Positions 1 through 14,349 of a DNA stretch of 64,000 nt are shown here, piece by piece. A program made the translations under genes and the position numbers. The notes beneath the pieces were generated by a model. It searched no databases. It was not told the origin of the DNA and was given only the letters and a program-made list of their open reading frames with translations. The first letter of the stretch is position 1; the number at the start of each line of letters is the position of its first letter. The DNA lies in NCBI GenBank assembly GCA_964016885.1, contig OZ024741.1, positions 122,326,001 through 122,390,000 of the forward strand. Reading direction: 5' to 3'. Source of the DNA: Eledone cirrhosa. Taxonomy: Eukaryota.

Positions 1-265
1 TGTTGTTGTTGTTGATGTGTGCTGTTGTTGATGTGTGTTGTTGTTGTTGTCTCCGTGTGTGTTATTATTGTTGTGTGTGTTGTTATTGTTGTTGTTCTGC
101 GTGTCTGTTGTTGTTGTTTCTGGTTATGTTATTATTGTTGTTGTTGTTGTTGTTGGTGTGTGCGTTGTTGTTATTGTTGTTTGTGGCTGTGTGTCTGTTG
201 TTGTTGGGATTTGTGTTGTATTTGTGTGTGCGTATATTGTTACTTTTGTTTTTGTTTTTGTTTTT
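1..265. repeat. degenerate (GTT/GT)n simple repeat
   Basis: Low-complexity tgt/gtt tract; generates the spurious poly-L/V/C ORFs. Confidence 0.9.
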
Positions 266-339
266 GAGGCTCCAACGTAATTTTGTAAATGATTTTTCTA
301 TTTCTGACAGACAACTAATCATATTTACCTTCTTGAATG

Positions 340-1750
340 TCGCAAATTTCGGTGGTAGAAGTAATATGTACTCCCGCTACGTTGACGATATAAACATCGT
401 AGTTAAGACACCCCCACTAGAGAACAGTCAGGAACTAGAGAAAAACACAATGGAAAGCATCCAGCAAATAGCTAACTCCATCCACCAGAGTATTAGTTAC
501 TATAGACTACCCAAGTAAACACTCCAACCATCGATTACCTGTACTAGACACAGAGCTCTGGTTAGATACCATTAATAACAAAAAACAAATCCTCCATTCC
601 CATTATGCCAAACCCATGACTTCCAAACACCTGATCCACCGAAACTCGGCTGTTTCGGACCATACCAAAATCAACATACTGATTGCGGATTTGGTACGGG
701 TGATGAGAAACGTGTCCCGCATGTGCAACCCCGAAGAACTAGAGAGACACATACAACACTTCATCCACCGTATGCAGTTCTCTGGTTACAATCAGAGAGA
801 TAGAATCAGAGTGTATAGAGGAGCCAGAACCAAATGGGAAAAAATGGTAAATAATGACACAAATGGGACCTGCCCCTTGTATAGGAGCAAATTTTGGAAT
901 AGAATAGAAAGAACTAGGAATAAGACTAATATAATAAACTGATGGTATGATAGCAATAAATACCAGAGTGTAATGTTCATCGATACAACCCCTAGAGGTG
1001 AATTAGCTTAGAAATTTAGAAGGACCCTAGATAAACATAAACTTAATATTAAGATAGTAGAAAGACCAGGTACCTCTGTAAAAACACTTATTAGCAAGAC
1101 ATACCCTTTCCAAAGACCCCCCTGTATAGATAAGAAATGTATAAGCTGTAAAATAAGCCCCCATATTAACTGTAAAACTAGAAATGTAGGGTATAGCATA
1201 AGATGTACTGAAGGACAATGTAGAGACAAAAATATAGTGTACATAGGTGAGACAGCTCGTAGTGTAGGGGAACGGATAAATGAACACTGGCGAGACCTTC
1301 AAGATAGTAAAGAATCATCTGTACTCTACCAACATGCTAAAATAGAACATAAGGGTAAATTAGAGAACATAGAAATAAAAATAGAATCTACACACAGAAA
1401 AGACGCAATGTTTAGACAAATCACAGAGGCAATAAACATAAAAGAATTACAACCAAAATTAAATAGAACAAATGAGTGGAACAGCAACATCACAACTTAC
1501 AATTAAGGACGAAATGAAAACACACACACACATAGAACAAACAACCAACCGGTAACATGTAAATGAACAAATAAATAAACAATTATAAACACACACAGAC
1601 ACCCGGATGTGGCGCATGCGCAGACTGAGCACACAATACACACACAGAAACAAAATGGCGTAGGACAGAACAAAGGAGAGGCACAAAAACAAAGAAAAGA
1701 ATCCCCAGTCACTGAAGAGGTCACAGAATGTGTGACGAAAGAACTTTGAC
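340..1750 (+). mobile_element. Penelope-like element, 5'-truncated and disrupted: RT C-terminus/thumb + GIY-YIG endonuclease + 3' tail
   Basis: SRYVDDINIVV (RT motif) near 370-400, LPVLDTELWL thumb, CCHH-type linker, YIGETARSVGERINEH...EAINIKELQPKLN (ORF 1237-1506); frameshifts and stops. Confidence 0.9.
1708..1750 (+). ncRNA. minimal type I hammerhead ribozyme (PLE tail)
   Basis: GTCA CTGAAGA g GTCAC agaatgt GTGAC GAAA g aa c TT TGAC: stem I GTCA/TGAC, core CUGAAGA/GAAA, 5-bp stem II, very short stem III. Confidence 0.75.
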
Positions 1751-1789
1751 AATATATAAACAACTATCTGGTTGTGGAACCAACCAACC

Positions 1790-1914
1790 AGAAATTTATA
1801 AATTCCTAAATTTATAAATTTATTATAATAAATTGAAGTGAAAGCAACTGGTGCGTGTGTTTCTTATTGGCAACATGAACCTCCCAAAGTATAACAATAT
1901 ATATAAATAAATAA

Positions 1915-1973
<59 letters not shown>

Positions 1974-2230
1974 TATAAGAATAGAGGTGTAACACACGAG
2001 TTGTGATATATTAGTAAAAGGAAAATTAAATGCTGACAAATTTTTCCCAGTGAAAAATAGTTTAATTAGGAATAATGAAAAATTAGTAATAAGTATTGGT
2101 TAGTATTCAGTTTTAGTTTGAAGTTTTTACCGGTTGCGCATTTCTAATGCTTTTCAAAAATAATTTTAAACTATTTTACTTTTACTAATATATATATATT
2201 AGTAAATAATTTTAAACTATTTTACTTTTA

Positions 2231-2267
<37 letters not shown>

Positions 2268-2435
2268 CGTTTCTGAATTTTGTTTAGCAAGATTCTTTAT
2301 CTGAAAACGTTTGTTGAAACCGATATTGTTATGCTTTGGGAGGGTCATGTTGCCAATAAGTAACACACGCACCAGATGCTTTCACTCCAATTTATTATAA
2401 ATTAAATTTATAAATTTAAGAATTTATAAATTTCA
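1790..2435. repeat. diverged inverted repeat (about 1790-1900 vs 2325-2435) of a PLE-tail-like element in (TA)n
   Basis: ...ctggtgcgtgtgtttcttattggcaacatgaacctcccaaagtataacaatat matches the reverse complement of 2325-2430; a related end recurs at about 42660. Confidence 0.75.
2125..2160 (-). ncRNA. hammerhead motif, U3-A8 core variant, with A13C lesion
   Basis: Reverse complement TTT TTGAAAA GCATT aga AATGC GCAA CCGG TA AAA. Confidence 0.55.
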
Positions 2436-2463
2436 TATATATATACATATACATATACATACG

Positions 2464-2505
<42 letters not shown>

Positions 2506-2512
2506 CACACAC

Positions 2513-2576
<64 letters not shown>

Positions 2577-2704
2577 AATGTGTATATGAAACATAATTGT
2601 TGCATTTAGAGATCGACATGTTACCAGTATTGTTTTTTATTGACTATATTGATAACATGACTATCTCCACACACGTTCAGGCGCACACGTACACAGACAC
2701 ACAT

Positions 2705-2796
<92 letters not shown>

Positions 2797-2842
2797 CCCC
2801 CCACACACAGACTCACTCTCACACACACACAAGCTCACTTTT

Positions 2843-2943
<101 letters not shown>

Positions 2944-4384
2944 CATACACTTACATATACAGACATAAACACACGCGCGCGCGAGTGTATATAATCCTGC
3001 ACGAAATAGAATTTCATTTATTTGTTAGTATTTTTGTCCAACACTTTATTGTATTACAACAGTTTCTATATGTTAATAAAAGGGGAAATATTGAAAGGAA
3101 GAGGAGACATAGACATCCACATAATTAAATTAAAAAAATTACAATTGTGGGAAAGTTTCTCTTTTACTTTCTTCCTTCCACAACCAGTTATCAGATTTGA
3201 CGAATAAAATCTAAATAAGTGAAATATACAAAGAGAGACCTTGAACTCTTCTATAATTGTTTCTACTTTAGGCACAAGGCCAGCAATTACCCAGTGCATT
3301 ACTGGTACTTTATTTTAATAACTGATAAACATGATCAAATTAAACAGGATATAGAAAGAAACATTTACTGTCGCTGTAGATATGACGTTGAAGTCCAATC
3401 ACTAAACACATGTATGTTTTGAAGCATAACCTAGAATTTGGGGGATTATTCAACTTCAGGTTATTGCAGACGGCTTGTGTAGAACTACAGTCAAATAAAC
3501 AAAAACATTCAGGGCATGTAGTTGTAAGGCCAGTAACTTGCTGCACCTTTATGATATCCACAAAATAACGAATTAAGGTTGTGTCTCTACATTGTCAAAT
3601 AAGGATCTATATTCTTTAAGAATGTCAGGTAACATTGAATAATGCAGCTAATCCATAGAATGGGCCTACGTCGGTTTAGACGGTAAGTGTTCGACGCAAA
3701 GCTATGATGAATACCCCTTGTTCAAGATGCCTCGCAGAAGGTTCGAATCCGGGACCTAATTATTGTGAAGGGAACTTTTTGGTCATTCGGCCACGCTGCC
3801 TCTACATACGCAAACATACCAACACACAGTTATGCACCTCACATATTCAGGGTGTACCAAAAGTAACTAACCCATTTCAAATTAAAATACATATAAAATT
3901 GTCTGGTTACTTATGGGTCACCACAATCTTAATATAGTGAAAATTCTGTCTGCGTAGATATTCTAGTTGAGGCCCTCTTTACGTTGTTATCGATCTTATT
4001 GATGTATCTCTGACTAGTTTATCCACCGTATGTTTTAAGAAGATAATGCGTGATTTGAAGACGATTTTGCTGAACTTTCTAACATATGCAGCGACCAATT
4101 AGAGGTTCCTTTGGTAACTTCTTAAATGGAGTACTAGTTTTGAGGTACTGTAGTGGATATGATCGAGCTAAATCCCTTCAAGACGATGTCTAAGCACGGC
4201 TCCTGGGGTAACGTTTGACGCAGTGTGTGCATAAATATTCATTAAATTAATTATTGGAAATATGGCAAAATGATTTAATGCGTCACTATATATTTAGATA
4301 TACATATATATATTTCTATCTCAAAGTTCAGCTTGAGAATATTCATTCCTATGCTTATGTAGTGAATTTCTTTTTTCATTGCAG

Positions 4385-4493
4385 ATATGGTTAATGCTGA
4401 AACTACTACGACATTAAAACTAGCCGTCGCCTCCGCTTTAGCTATTTTTATGTTTGTAATGCTTTTGGTAGTCATCGTTATTGGTATTACCTG
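4385..4493 (+). CDS. Gene A internal exon: transmembrane segment of a single-pass membrane protein
   Basis: ttttttcattgcag|...|gtaagt; encodes xMVNAETTTTLKLAVASALAIFMFVMLLVVIVIGIT; phase 1 to 2. Confidence 0.8.
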
Positions 4494-5009
4494 GTAAGTT
4501 TACATCATATTTTGGTTTATCGATTAGTCAGAAAGTGGGAAAGGCCAAATGGCATGACCCTATACTTTTTCTAGGCCTTCGAAACTTGTTAGTGGTAGGG
4601 ATGAAGTTGGTTTCAAAGCAAAAGCTTGGTTCAAATGCGCGCAACACAGCTAGCTCCACTAACAGGATCCAAAGACCATGTGGTTGGGTTAAACTCTACG
4701 ATAGATTACGTCTATAATTTAAATCCACGGAACCCGTTGAACCAGAATAAATAAAACAGAACATTTTGCCTCACACTGTAACAATCCAGTTAATTTATCA
4801 CCGTCGACGGGTGTTATATTTTATTGACTCTTGAATCCCAAAGAATGAAAAAAAGAAAGCGGACAAAGCCAGGATATGAACTACTACACGGCATTTGTTC
4901 TTACGATTTAATGTCTCGGCCATTTCGCCATCTGTTGCATATATTTTCGTGAATTTTGTTTGAGATTATGTTTCGGAATTCCAATCTCGACAGAGTCTAA
5001 TTAGACATT

Positions 5010-5205
5010 CGTGGCGGAATTGGCACCAAACTGGATGAAAAATCTATTATCATGCTTCGTTACGATCCTTTAATTTTCTGAGGTTTCAAATTTAGCCGAG
5101 ATCAAGTTTTGCTTTAATCCCTTTGAGGATCGTTAAATAAGTACAATTCACTTAATCAACTGTAACATCTGAAAATGTGGGGTTTTGTACCGACATTAAA
5201 AACTA
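5010..5205 (+). mobile_element. degenerate tRNA-derived SINE
   Basis: ggcggaattggc head, tctgaggtttcaaat box-B-like, ttttgctttaatccctttgaggatcgttaaataagtac core. Confidence 0.6.
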
Positions 5206-6016
5206 GACATAAGCACGTTTGAATGATTAAGAAATTGGCCTCGTAATTATGTGGTCTCTGTTGCGATCTTGCTACGTGACATCCAGAGAAAATGTATTTT
5301 CCATTGCCTCGGATCTATCTAAGCATTACTAGTGAAACAGGGTAGACAGAAACTGTATGCAAGCCCATCTGATGTATTGTACCTGTAATTCTAAGGCTCA
5401 TATTGTGTCACGATAACTTGGTTTTGTTATTACGTTAAGTGTTATATACGTCTGTGGGATATTCAACCAATTTACGTGTCAACCCATGAGATGGATGTTC
5501 AATTTATTGAACAATCGAATGCTTATAGTTCGAATCAACGCGAGATCCCTAACCTTCATGCAATAAATGTATTATTACCACCGATTGCAATATTAAACAG
5601 TGGGTCTTCGGAGTTGTTTGTACCACGTTCCTGTTAATTTATTTCGGAATGTTGCCTAGTTGTCAGTGCTACACTCATGAGCCTGGGTTTGTCTACTAGA
5701 CAGACTGGGTGACGCGTTGTGTTATTAAAGAAGGCCCTTCATTACATGTTATTTCAACCATTCAGCTGAAGAAAGGAGAACCAGGATTAACTGTGGGTTA
5801 ACTTTGCAATTGACTGGCGTTAGTTCGAAAGGATGAACATCGTGCTCTCAATAGTTTAACGCCCATGAATCTCGGATAAACTTCAAACTTCGTCCAACTT
5901 AAGCAATAAAAAAAAAAAAAAAAAAATAAAAATGCAGCCGTAAGCAATTGGTCAATTAATTTCCATTCTATACTAACAAATAATATTTATTAAACTGTAT
6001 GAAGGAGATTAACATC

Positions 6017-6165
6017 GGCAGCGAATTGGCTGAGTCATTAAAAGGTCAGATAGAATGCTTTCTGTTATTCGTCTCTGCTCTCTGAGTTCAAACCATGCAG
6101 AGGTCAACTTTGCCTTTCATCCATTCGACGTCGATAAAAATGTACCACACTAGTACTGGGATCAA
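6017..6165 (+). mobile_element. tRNA-derived SINE (MetaSINE-like core)
   Basis: gagttcaaacc box B; ctttgcctttcatccattcgacgtcgataaaaatgtacca core. Confidence 0.7.
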
Positions 6166-7032
6166 GTTTTATTCTATATCTCTTTTTCGTTTCCATTCAC
6201 TCACTCTCTATCCTTCTCTGGAAGAAATCTTCTATATTTAGACCTGGAGAGGAGATGGGTTAAAAAAACAAATTCCCAAGAAACGCCGTATGTCAATACG
6301 GTGCCCATACAACTGCCTCGGGAGATATAGACCAAGAGATATGCTTGATACACATCTGTTGCTGTACGAGAAACATAAGGAAGAGAAGGAAACTAGTGGT
6401 AGTATGATTCAGCGTAAATGCTGTACAATAAGTATGTGACATTTCATAAATTTGTATATTTCGGGATGGAGAGAAATGTTTCTTATCTACCTCTCAGAAA
6501 ATCAATCAATTCAGGACAGACACTTCAAAATCCACGACATGCGTTTGTAGCTAATGTCATCAAGTTCACTTCATTTGTACACAGAAAACGAAGAAAATAT
6601 TACCATAGGTATTTTTAACCGTCTTGGTCAAACGACTAAATATATCACGGACGCACGGGATATGTACACACACACACACACACACCCACACACACACACA
6701 CACACACACACGCGCACGATAGAACCATTTCACTTTAAAATATTTTTGATTCATCATCGAGCGTGACACGTGTTTCGCAGATGATCGGTTCAAAGCTTTA
6801 ATCAATTCGGTAGAACTAATTCTGGTATCTATCTGATCATTAGGTACGTGATTCAAATCTACAGATCTAATGAACAAATCTATACTGGAGTTAGGTCTAC
6901 CATATCGATTAGACTTCGAGCCAGTCATCTGTGGTGTGAAACATGTGACACACTTGATAATGAAAAAAAAGTGTTCTAAAGTGAAACTTTCTCTTTTACA
7001 TAATGTAACACATTGCTGGCTACAAATAAATT

Positions 7033-7227
7033 ATATAATTGTTTCTACTTTTGGCACAAGGCCAGCAATTACCCAGTGCATTACTGGTACTTTATTTTAT
7101 CGACCCCGTAAGGATGAAAGGCAAAGTTAACCTCGGCGGGATTTGAACTCGGATTATAAAGGGCCGTAACTCTTTGATGCAAAGCATGGCGTGCGACTCT
7201 CTACCGATACTGCCAATCCACCACCCT
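7033..7227 (-). mobile_element. tRNA-derived SINE (MetaSINE-like core), full length
   Basis: Reverse complement: tggcagtatcgg box A, gagttcaaatccc box B, ctttgcctttcatccttacggggtcgataaaataaagtaccag core, (ATT)n tail. Confidence 0.85.
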
Positions 7228-7359
7228 TATATAATGATACCGGGTGAAGTTCAAACTTTCTATTGGAATAACCGTCTCCAAAGGGTAGCATTAAGTGCTA
7301 GCATTGGTGCCACCAAGAATAATTAATAAACATTTCTAAATAACCTACACACACATACA

Positions 7360-7820
<461 letters not shown>

Positions 7821-7882
7821 TCTAGGTGAACTTGAGCCAATCCTCTGCGAAAATCTGATACATGCAAACGAATGAAATTTTT

Positions 7883-7917
<35 letters not shown>

Positions 7918-7918
<1 letters not shown>

Positions 7919-8085
7919 AAAAGAGTCAGGACCCCGACGGCAGAGCTCAAGCCGTTTCGACGGCTATTTCTGGACATATATATATATGTCCAGGTCCTGA
8001 CTGTTTTTCTATATATATATATATATGTCCAGAAATAACCCTCGAAACGGCTTGAGCTCTGCCGTCGGGGTCCATACTATTTTCT

Positions 8086-8090
<5 letters not shown>
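7918..8090. repeat. inverted pair of 3'-half hammerhead fragments in (TA)n
   Basis: gtccagaaatagccgtc GAAA CGGC ttgagctct GCCG TC ggggtc on both strands; same family as 16159-16257. Confidence 0.65.
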
Positions 8091-8117
<27 letters not shown>

Positions 8118-8414
8118 GATAGAGAGAGAGGGAGAGAATATCTTATATAATATTAACTATGGATCCTTTACTTGCACTGAAAACCTTCATTAGTAAATAA
8201 AAGTTTGTTAGTATTTTTATACATAAAAACAGAACATTGTTATCAATATATACATATATATACACATATGTAGAAAGTAAGTTTATTATAATCAAAATCT
8301 TCTTACAAACTGACCCTAATAAAAATTCATATTTAAAAACGTGTGTACTTTAAGAACCTTAACCAGCACAAATAATCATTTTGTAGTATTTACTGTCAAA
8401 TGTTATTATTTCAG

Positions 8415-8596
8415 CAACAAATGGTATGATAAATATCAGACAAGACTTGGGCGCGGTAAAATCCCAGCTATCTCGAGTTTCTGGAAAAAACGAAAGAGTA
8501 TCCGACGATCTGTGGAATCTGTCCGAAATAAAGATCCTCTCAGTACATACAACAGTGTGATAATCCCATCGCCGAATCCAAGAAACAATGATACAG
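8415..8596 (+). CDS. Gene A exon: basic juxtamembrane cytoplasmic region
   Basis: ttattatttcag|...|gtagac; (C)NKWYDKYQTRLGRGKIPAISSFWKKRKSIRRSVESVRNKDPLSTYNSVIIPSPNPRNNDT; phase 2 to 1 matches neighbours. Confidence 0.7.
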
Positions 8597-8756
8597 GTAG
8601 ACAGTTTAAAAAAAAATATATATTTAATATATTTTAATATTTCAACTTAAGCTTGAAGCCACCCTACCTCCATGTATATACATGCCGATAATTATAGAAG
8701 GTGGATTCTTATAGAATTCCAGTAATAATCAAGAGCTGATTATACAGAGCGATTGC

Positions 8757-8804
<48 letters not shown>

Positions 8805-8811
8805 ATGTACA

Positions 8812-8922
<111 letters not shown>

Positions 8923-8974
8923 TTATGTACATGCATATTTATATATATATATATGTATATATATGTGTGTGTGT

Positions 8975-9140
8975 GTGATGGTAGCTAAGATGCTTCCATA
9001 GGCGGTATGCCGGTTGAGCACTCTATGCTCTTACAGAGCAGAGTATGATAAAATAGAAAACAAAAAATCAGTGATGCAATTGTAACACACAATAAATTGA
9101 GTTCAGATGCATCACTGATTTTTCGTTTTCTATTCTCTCT
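8975..9140 (-). mobile_element. short non-coding element with terminal hairpin, related to 23700-24012
   Basis: agagcagagtatgata..agaa..aatcagtg.tgc shared with the reverse complement of 23905-23950; inverted arms 9052-9078 / 9108-9134. Confidence 0.55.
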
Positions 9141-9152
9141 CTATATATATAT

Positions 9153-9389
9153 AGGCTTTGTTTACAAACGCCTTGCGAATTTGAAAATTAGGAAGTAACA
9201 TGTGATTATGCCATATTTGACTAAATAGAATTAGTCTGTTAGTTGGGAATTTAAAAAAACATCTGAATGGAAAAAAAGATGAGTATTGAGGTACATGGGA
9301 CACGAACCAAATTCGCTAGCCATTTGTAAACAAAGCCTGCTTTGTTTATCCCTATTTATACACACACATACACACAGACACACACACAC

Positions 9390-9462
<73 letters not shown>

Positions 9463-9855
9463 GTGTCTGTGTGTGTATAAATAGGGATAAAGAAAGCAGG
9501 CTTTTTTAAAAATCCCAACTAACAGACTAATTCTATTTAGTCAAATATGGCATAATCACATGTTACTTCCTAATTTTCAAATTCGCAAGGCGTTTGTAAA
9601 CAAAGCCTGCTTTATGCCTCTCTATTTATATACATATATACACCTGTTATATAGCTTCTAATTGAAGGGCAGGATGAGTGGGTGGCGTGTTGATGTAATG
9701 GTAAACATTGGTCCGGCAAACCAAACATATGAGTTCGTGTCCGATGTACGTTAATACGCATCCTTTTTTTCCATTCCGGGCTTTTTTAAAACTCCCAACT
9801 AACAGACTAATTCTAATTAGTTAAATATGTCATAAGCACATATTACTACCTAATA
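9153..9855. repeat. three copies (one inverted) of a 130-200 bp element around (CA)n/(TA)n
   Basis: cccaactaacagactaattctatttagtcaaatatggcataatcacatgttacttcctaat at about 9515 and 9795 (+) and 9190-9250 (-). Confidence 0.8.
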
Positions 9856-9996
9856 TATATATGCAAAAGTTATATTTAATTTGTTGGGATTCAACCAGCT
9901 TAAAAGTTTTAAAACTGATATAAAGCACTCAACAAGTTACAGGAGTAAATATTTAATATATTAATAAATGGAAACTATATTTATAAAACCATAATT

Positions 9997-10060
9997 ATTT
10001 TATTATATATATTTCAAGGGCAACCAAGGCAAATTTTGGTGCGCTTTCATCAGATAAAAT
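9997..10060 (-). ncRNA. type I hammerhead ribozyme, palindromic stem III
   Basis: Reverse complement ATTTTAT CTGATGA AAGcGCACCAA aatttgcc TTGGTtGCcCTT GAAA TATATA TA ATAAAAT; 7-bp stem I. Confidence 0.8.
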
Positions 10061-10154
10061 ACAAAATTTGTTTTATAAATGTTGACATACCCGCAGAAAA
10101 ACAACCTTGACCGTTGAAGGTTCTCTGGATAGAGAACCTTCAACCGTCAAGCTA

Positions 10155-10241
<87 letters not shown>

Positions 10242-10244
10242 TAT

Positions 10245-10740
10245 ATAGCAATTTCTGTCTGTTTGTTTGTGTGTGTGTTTGTGAACCTAAAACTCAAAAA
10301 CTGCCAAACCGATCTTGATGAAACTTGATACGTGTGTGGGGCTCAGGCCCATTTGATTTCTTACGTTTATTTTATTTTAATCAAAGGGTTCCCTGGGGCA
10401 CAAAACCCCCGCTGAAAATGTTTTCCCTTCGATTTATATGAAATTTAAACCACAGGTAAATGACAAGATATGATGCCTATTCACAAAAGTTTTGAATTGA
10501 TATTTTGAAAAAAATTATCTACAAGAAACAAAATAAGAATAAGATTTAATAATGTAATTTTGATTTGATATATTACAAATAAAAAGTTTTCCAATTTTTC
10601 ATACATTACATTTTACATTGAGTAATATTGAAATGCATAGTTTTTCTCCATATATTATATCACTGATTTAAAATCAATCTTCATTTACTTACAAAAAGAA
10701 AATGTGTGAAACGCAGCAAGGCGCGGGTAATTAGGCTAGT
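10245..10740 (+). mobile_element. probable non-autonomous Helitron-like element
   Basis: 5' (CTGT/GTTT) repeat followed by aaaactgccaaaccgatcttgatgaaactt; GC-rich 3' end gcaaggcgcgggtaattagg ending CTAG|T in a TA context. Confidence 0.5.
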
Positions 10741-10883
10741 ATATATATATATATATATACAGCCGGAACTAGCTGTTGAAACGGCAAGAATACCGACTCT
10801 TTATAATATATCCATACTCTACTACCCCAAACATCGAGTACTCTGTTGAGTAATGGTCAAACCATTTTCAAACTTATTCCATC

Positions 10884-10933
<50 letters not shown>

Positions 10934-12600
10934 AATCTCTCTTTGTAATATACACGTGTGTGTATTTCTGTTTGTGTTTGTCTGTAGTCGTGTGCCTTTC
11001 TATGTGGTACATGTTTGAGGTTACATCGAGGGCGCCAAAAACAAATGGAGGTGAAATAAAAATTAAGGCAGATGTCTTGCTTAGCTACCTTTTATCACTA
11101 GAGACTGTTCGTTACTGTGTGTCATTGCACCTCAGGTAAAATACTCCCCGCTTATTCGCTAATCTTATATATCTTATACAGATGTAGCCAGATGGCATAC
11201 GAGCAGCTGTGTTCTCTTAACTCGCTGTATGTATTATCCAGCAGTTTAGGTCCAAATTAACTGTGTGTATTAAGTTTGTTTTAAGCCGGTGCTTATTTCC
11301 GGTTTATTTGGTGCTGAGCGACCGGGAGTACAAGTCTTTCCCTGGACATAACACTAGTCTATGGCTGGTTCAGCTCCTCAGCTATTGCTGGTACTCTTCT
11401 TGGTTGAGTGTACTGGGGAAACGTGAAATAAAGTGTTTTTCTCAAGAACACGATGCAGCAGCCTGTCCAGGAATCGAACCACGACACCACGATCCTATCT
11501 ATTAGGCTACATGCAAAACGTAATATGCCTTCCTTGTAGGTAAGTTAATTCCTTCACAATCTAGAATGGATTAAATGGATACAGCGTTCATATCTTTTCT
11601 TGAAGCGTGTAGTGAATTATTTGATATCAAGTCAAGTGCAAGTTTTGAGGCTGTGCATTGGCAGAGTTTAAGAACGTAGTTAGTTCTGGCACTGTGTTCT
11701 GAGTTCAAATGCCACTGAAGTCAACTTTGTCTTTCATCCTTTCGAAGCCGATGAATAAAGTATCTCTTCGGTAATCGGGTGCGGAGGGATGGTTTTCAGC
11801 AGGTACACAATGCTTAAGACATGCCATCTATAGCGACATTGACCATGGAAGTTTAAGGGAGACAGCAATCTATAGCGACTTAACAACCTTTGTTTCGTTA
11901 ACTGTATCTTAAATCTCGTGACGCACAGAATGCTGTATTTTCCGTCTTTGCTTTACAAAGATTTTGTAAACCAGACATTTAACATTTTTCCATAGAAGCC
12001 CAAAAGATCTTCACTCAAAATTTTGTAATAATAATTTCTAATATAGACACAAATTCAACAATTTTGAAAATAAAAATCGATTAAATCAACCCCAGAGCGT
12101 TACTGACACTTTATCTTATTGACCCTGTAAGGATGAGAGGAAGTGAGTAACATGGTGAATTGACGAAAATATCAGGGCATCGGATACAGGATATTTGTTA
12201 CAGTATTTAAATTCAAATCTCGGTGTGATCAACTTTATATTTCATTTCTTCGGGTTCAATAAAGAAAAGAGCAACCAAATTCTAGGATCGAGAGTTTCTT
12301 CTCGCTTTCTTGGCCTGTTTCACACAAATACTTATTCGATAGACTTCACAGTAACAGGACACCAACCTGACAGTCATTCAAACAACGGATAGAATAATTT
12401 GCAGTATTTCTTCCAAGTGAAGGGAGACAACTATTTGAAAAATATTTCAATAAGTTTCAGGAACCAGAAGTATATTTTAACTGACCCCCACCCCGACATA
12501 CACACACTTGCATGTATATATAAATGCTACACGTTTGTCATATATATGACATTTACATATACTAATATATTTCTTTTTCAATATTTTTCTTCTATTATAG

Positions 12601-12619
12601 ATACATGGATTAAGAGATG
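12601..12619 (+). CDS. Gene A 19-nt microexon (DTWIKR)
   Basis: Branch-point-like tactaat, long pyrimidine tract, tag|ATACATGGATTAAGAGATG|gtgagt; phase 1 to 2 bridges the flanking exons. Confidence 0.7.
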
Positions 12620-14318
12620 GTGAGTGGCGTTTTTATTGTTTTACTTAAATTCCCTCCTGGTTGAGTCTTATCGTGATAGGAGAGGATTCTTGTCATTAAA
12701 CGACTTGAGAAACCTTCTTTAAGATTCCACCCCATAAACCTATATAGGTATGAGCTGTAACAACAACAACAATTACATCAACTACAACTTCCACCACAAC
12801 AATCGTAACAGCCGAAACAACAACAAACGCAACAACAGCACTCACTAACCGACAGAAAGCTTGTTGTTCATTCATGATTTCTGCGAAAGAAAAGGTTGAA
12901 TGCGTTATTTCTGAGAATGATGATGGATATCGTGAATGACCTGAAAAACTCAGTCAAGATTGTTAGCATCATCCTTGTAAATTATATAGTGTGGCTGTTG
13001 TTGGTGATGTTATTTAGCACCAGGTTAGCAATCAACGAGCATACCTATCATCAAAATCCCTCCCTCTCTTACATCATCCAACATGCTCTACAATTTTGTC
13101 TAGATATACACTTAAATTTGAGGGAGATTCTTCGGCTATTTCTTGTCGGCGAAACGTCCATTCTGGAGATTTCTTTTGTGCATTTTGTTGTTTTCCAATG
13201 TGGTTTCAACTCAAGCCTAGCTAGTGAAATATATTTAAGATTTGAATACGTTTGATTATATTTGATAGAGTATGGAATGTAGATTTGTCGGCAAATAGAT
13301 TGACTACTTACTGTTTTCAATATGATCATGAAAGGCCCCCTATCGGTTACCACCATTCCGTTTTTCGATAATCAAAACTATTGATTCGTGAATTATCGTA
13401 TAAATTATTGAGTATTCCGCAGACACGTATATACGTATACACTTATCCTAAATCTCATACAGAATCAGCGGGATACAATATTTGACAAGGCCAGTCCTTT
13501 AAATTACACCTACAATCCATCCGACATGATTCTGCACCGTTTCTATCTAACCAGTTTTACTTAACAAAGCTTGATGCAAGTCTATGGTAAAGACAATTGT
13601 CCAAGATGTCATTCGGTTAGATTGTAATTGGGACTTTATGCTTGTGAAGAGAAGTGCTTAACAACCCAACAATTCCTTTGTCCAGTGTAATATTACGCGT
13701 AGTGTCATTTCAATAACCGAAATTTATTCTGAATTTAACCAGTAGTAAACCTCCTAATTGTAAATGGGAGAATTATCAGCTGTTTCCTAAATTACTGAAG
13801 ACTTGTGTATAATAACGTCTGTATAGGCATGACTGATCCACTTCGCTCTATATTGTATCTAGAGAGATATTTCAGAATATATCTTTCCAGGCTTCCTATA
13901 AATGGTTTCTCTGTTGATCTTACACTAAGGATCTGGATCCTACGAAGCCACATATACTGCTATGTGGCCGAACAGGAGAAAGAAGGACGGAATATATTTT
14001 ATAGTTTTATTTAGTATAACCCGAAAAAGACAGAATGACCAACGATTGAATGCTATCGGTAATAAGCCACTAGAACACGACTGGCCCGGGGCTAAACAAA
14101 TTGAACAAAATGAGTATTGTCAGATCCATATTTCAGCTTTAATCTGCCATTATAACTCTTTATTTATAAATAAAACACTCTTTGTTGAAATTTCAATGGC
14201 GCCACAGCTTTTCTCTGGAAATTTAAAAAAAATATTAGCAGAATAATTAATTAATGCTCATCTTTAAACATCGACTTTTAATCTGTATAAACCAGCAACA
14301 AATTCATTTTCTCTTCAG

Positions 14319-14349
14319 GGCCAACGATACAAGACAGTACGAAGAAATG
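14319..14349 (+). CDS. Gene A 31-nt microexon (WANDTRQYEEM)
   Basis: ttttctcttcag|...|gtatgt; phase 2 to 0. Confidence 0.7.

Noticed and set aside
6498-6608. Candidate gene A exon ending KRRKYYHR with AG/GT borders
   Set aside because: Splicing after the TM exon would create TGA; the 8415 exon fits the phase without it
12850-13340. Possible hAT transposase remnant on the minus strand
   Set aside because: Only a faint YAHxLNLVL-like trace; too decayed to call
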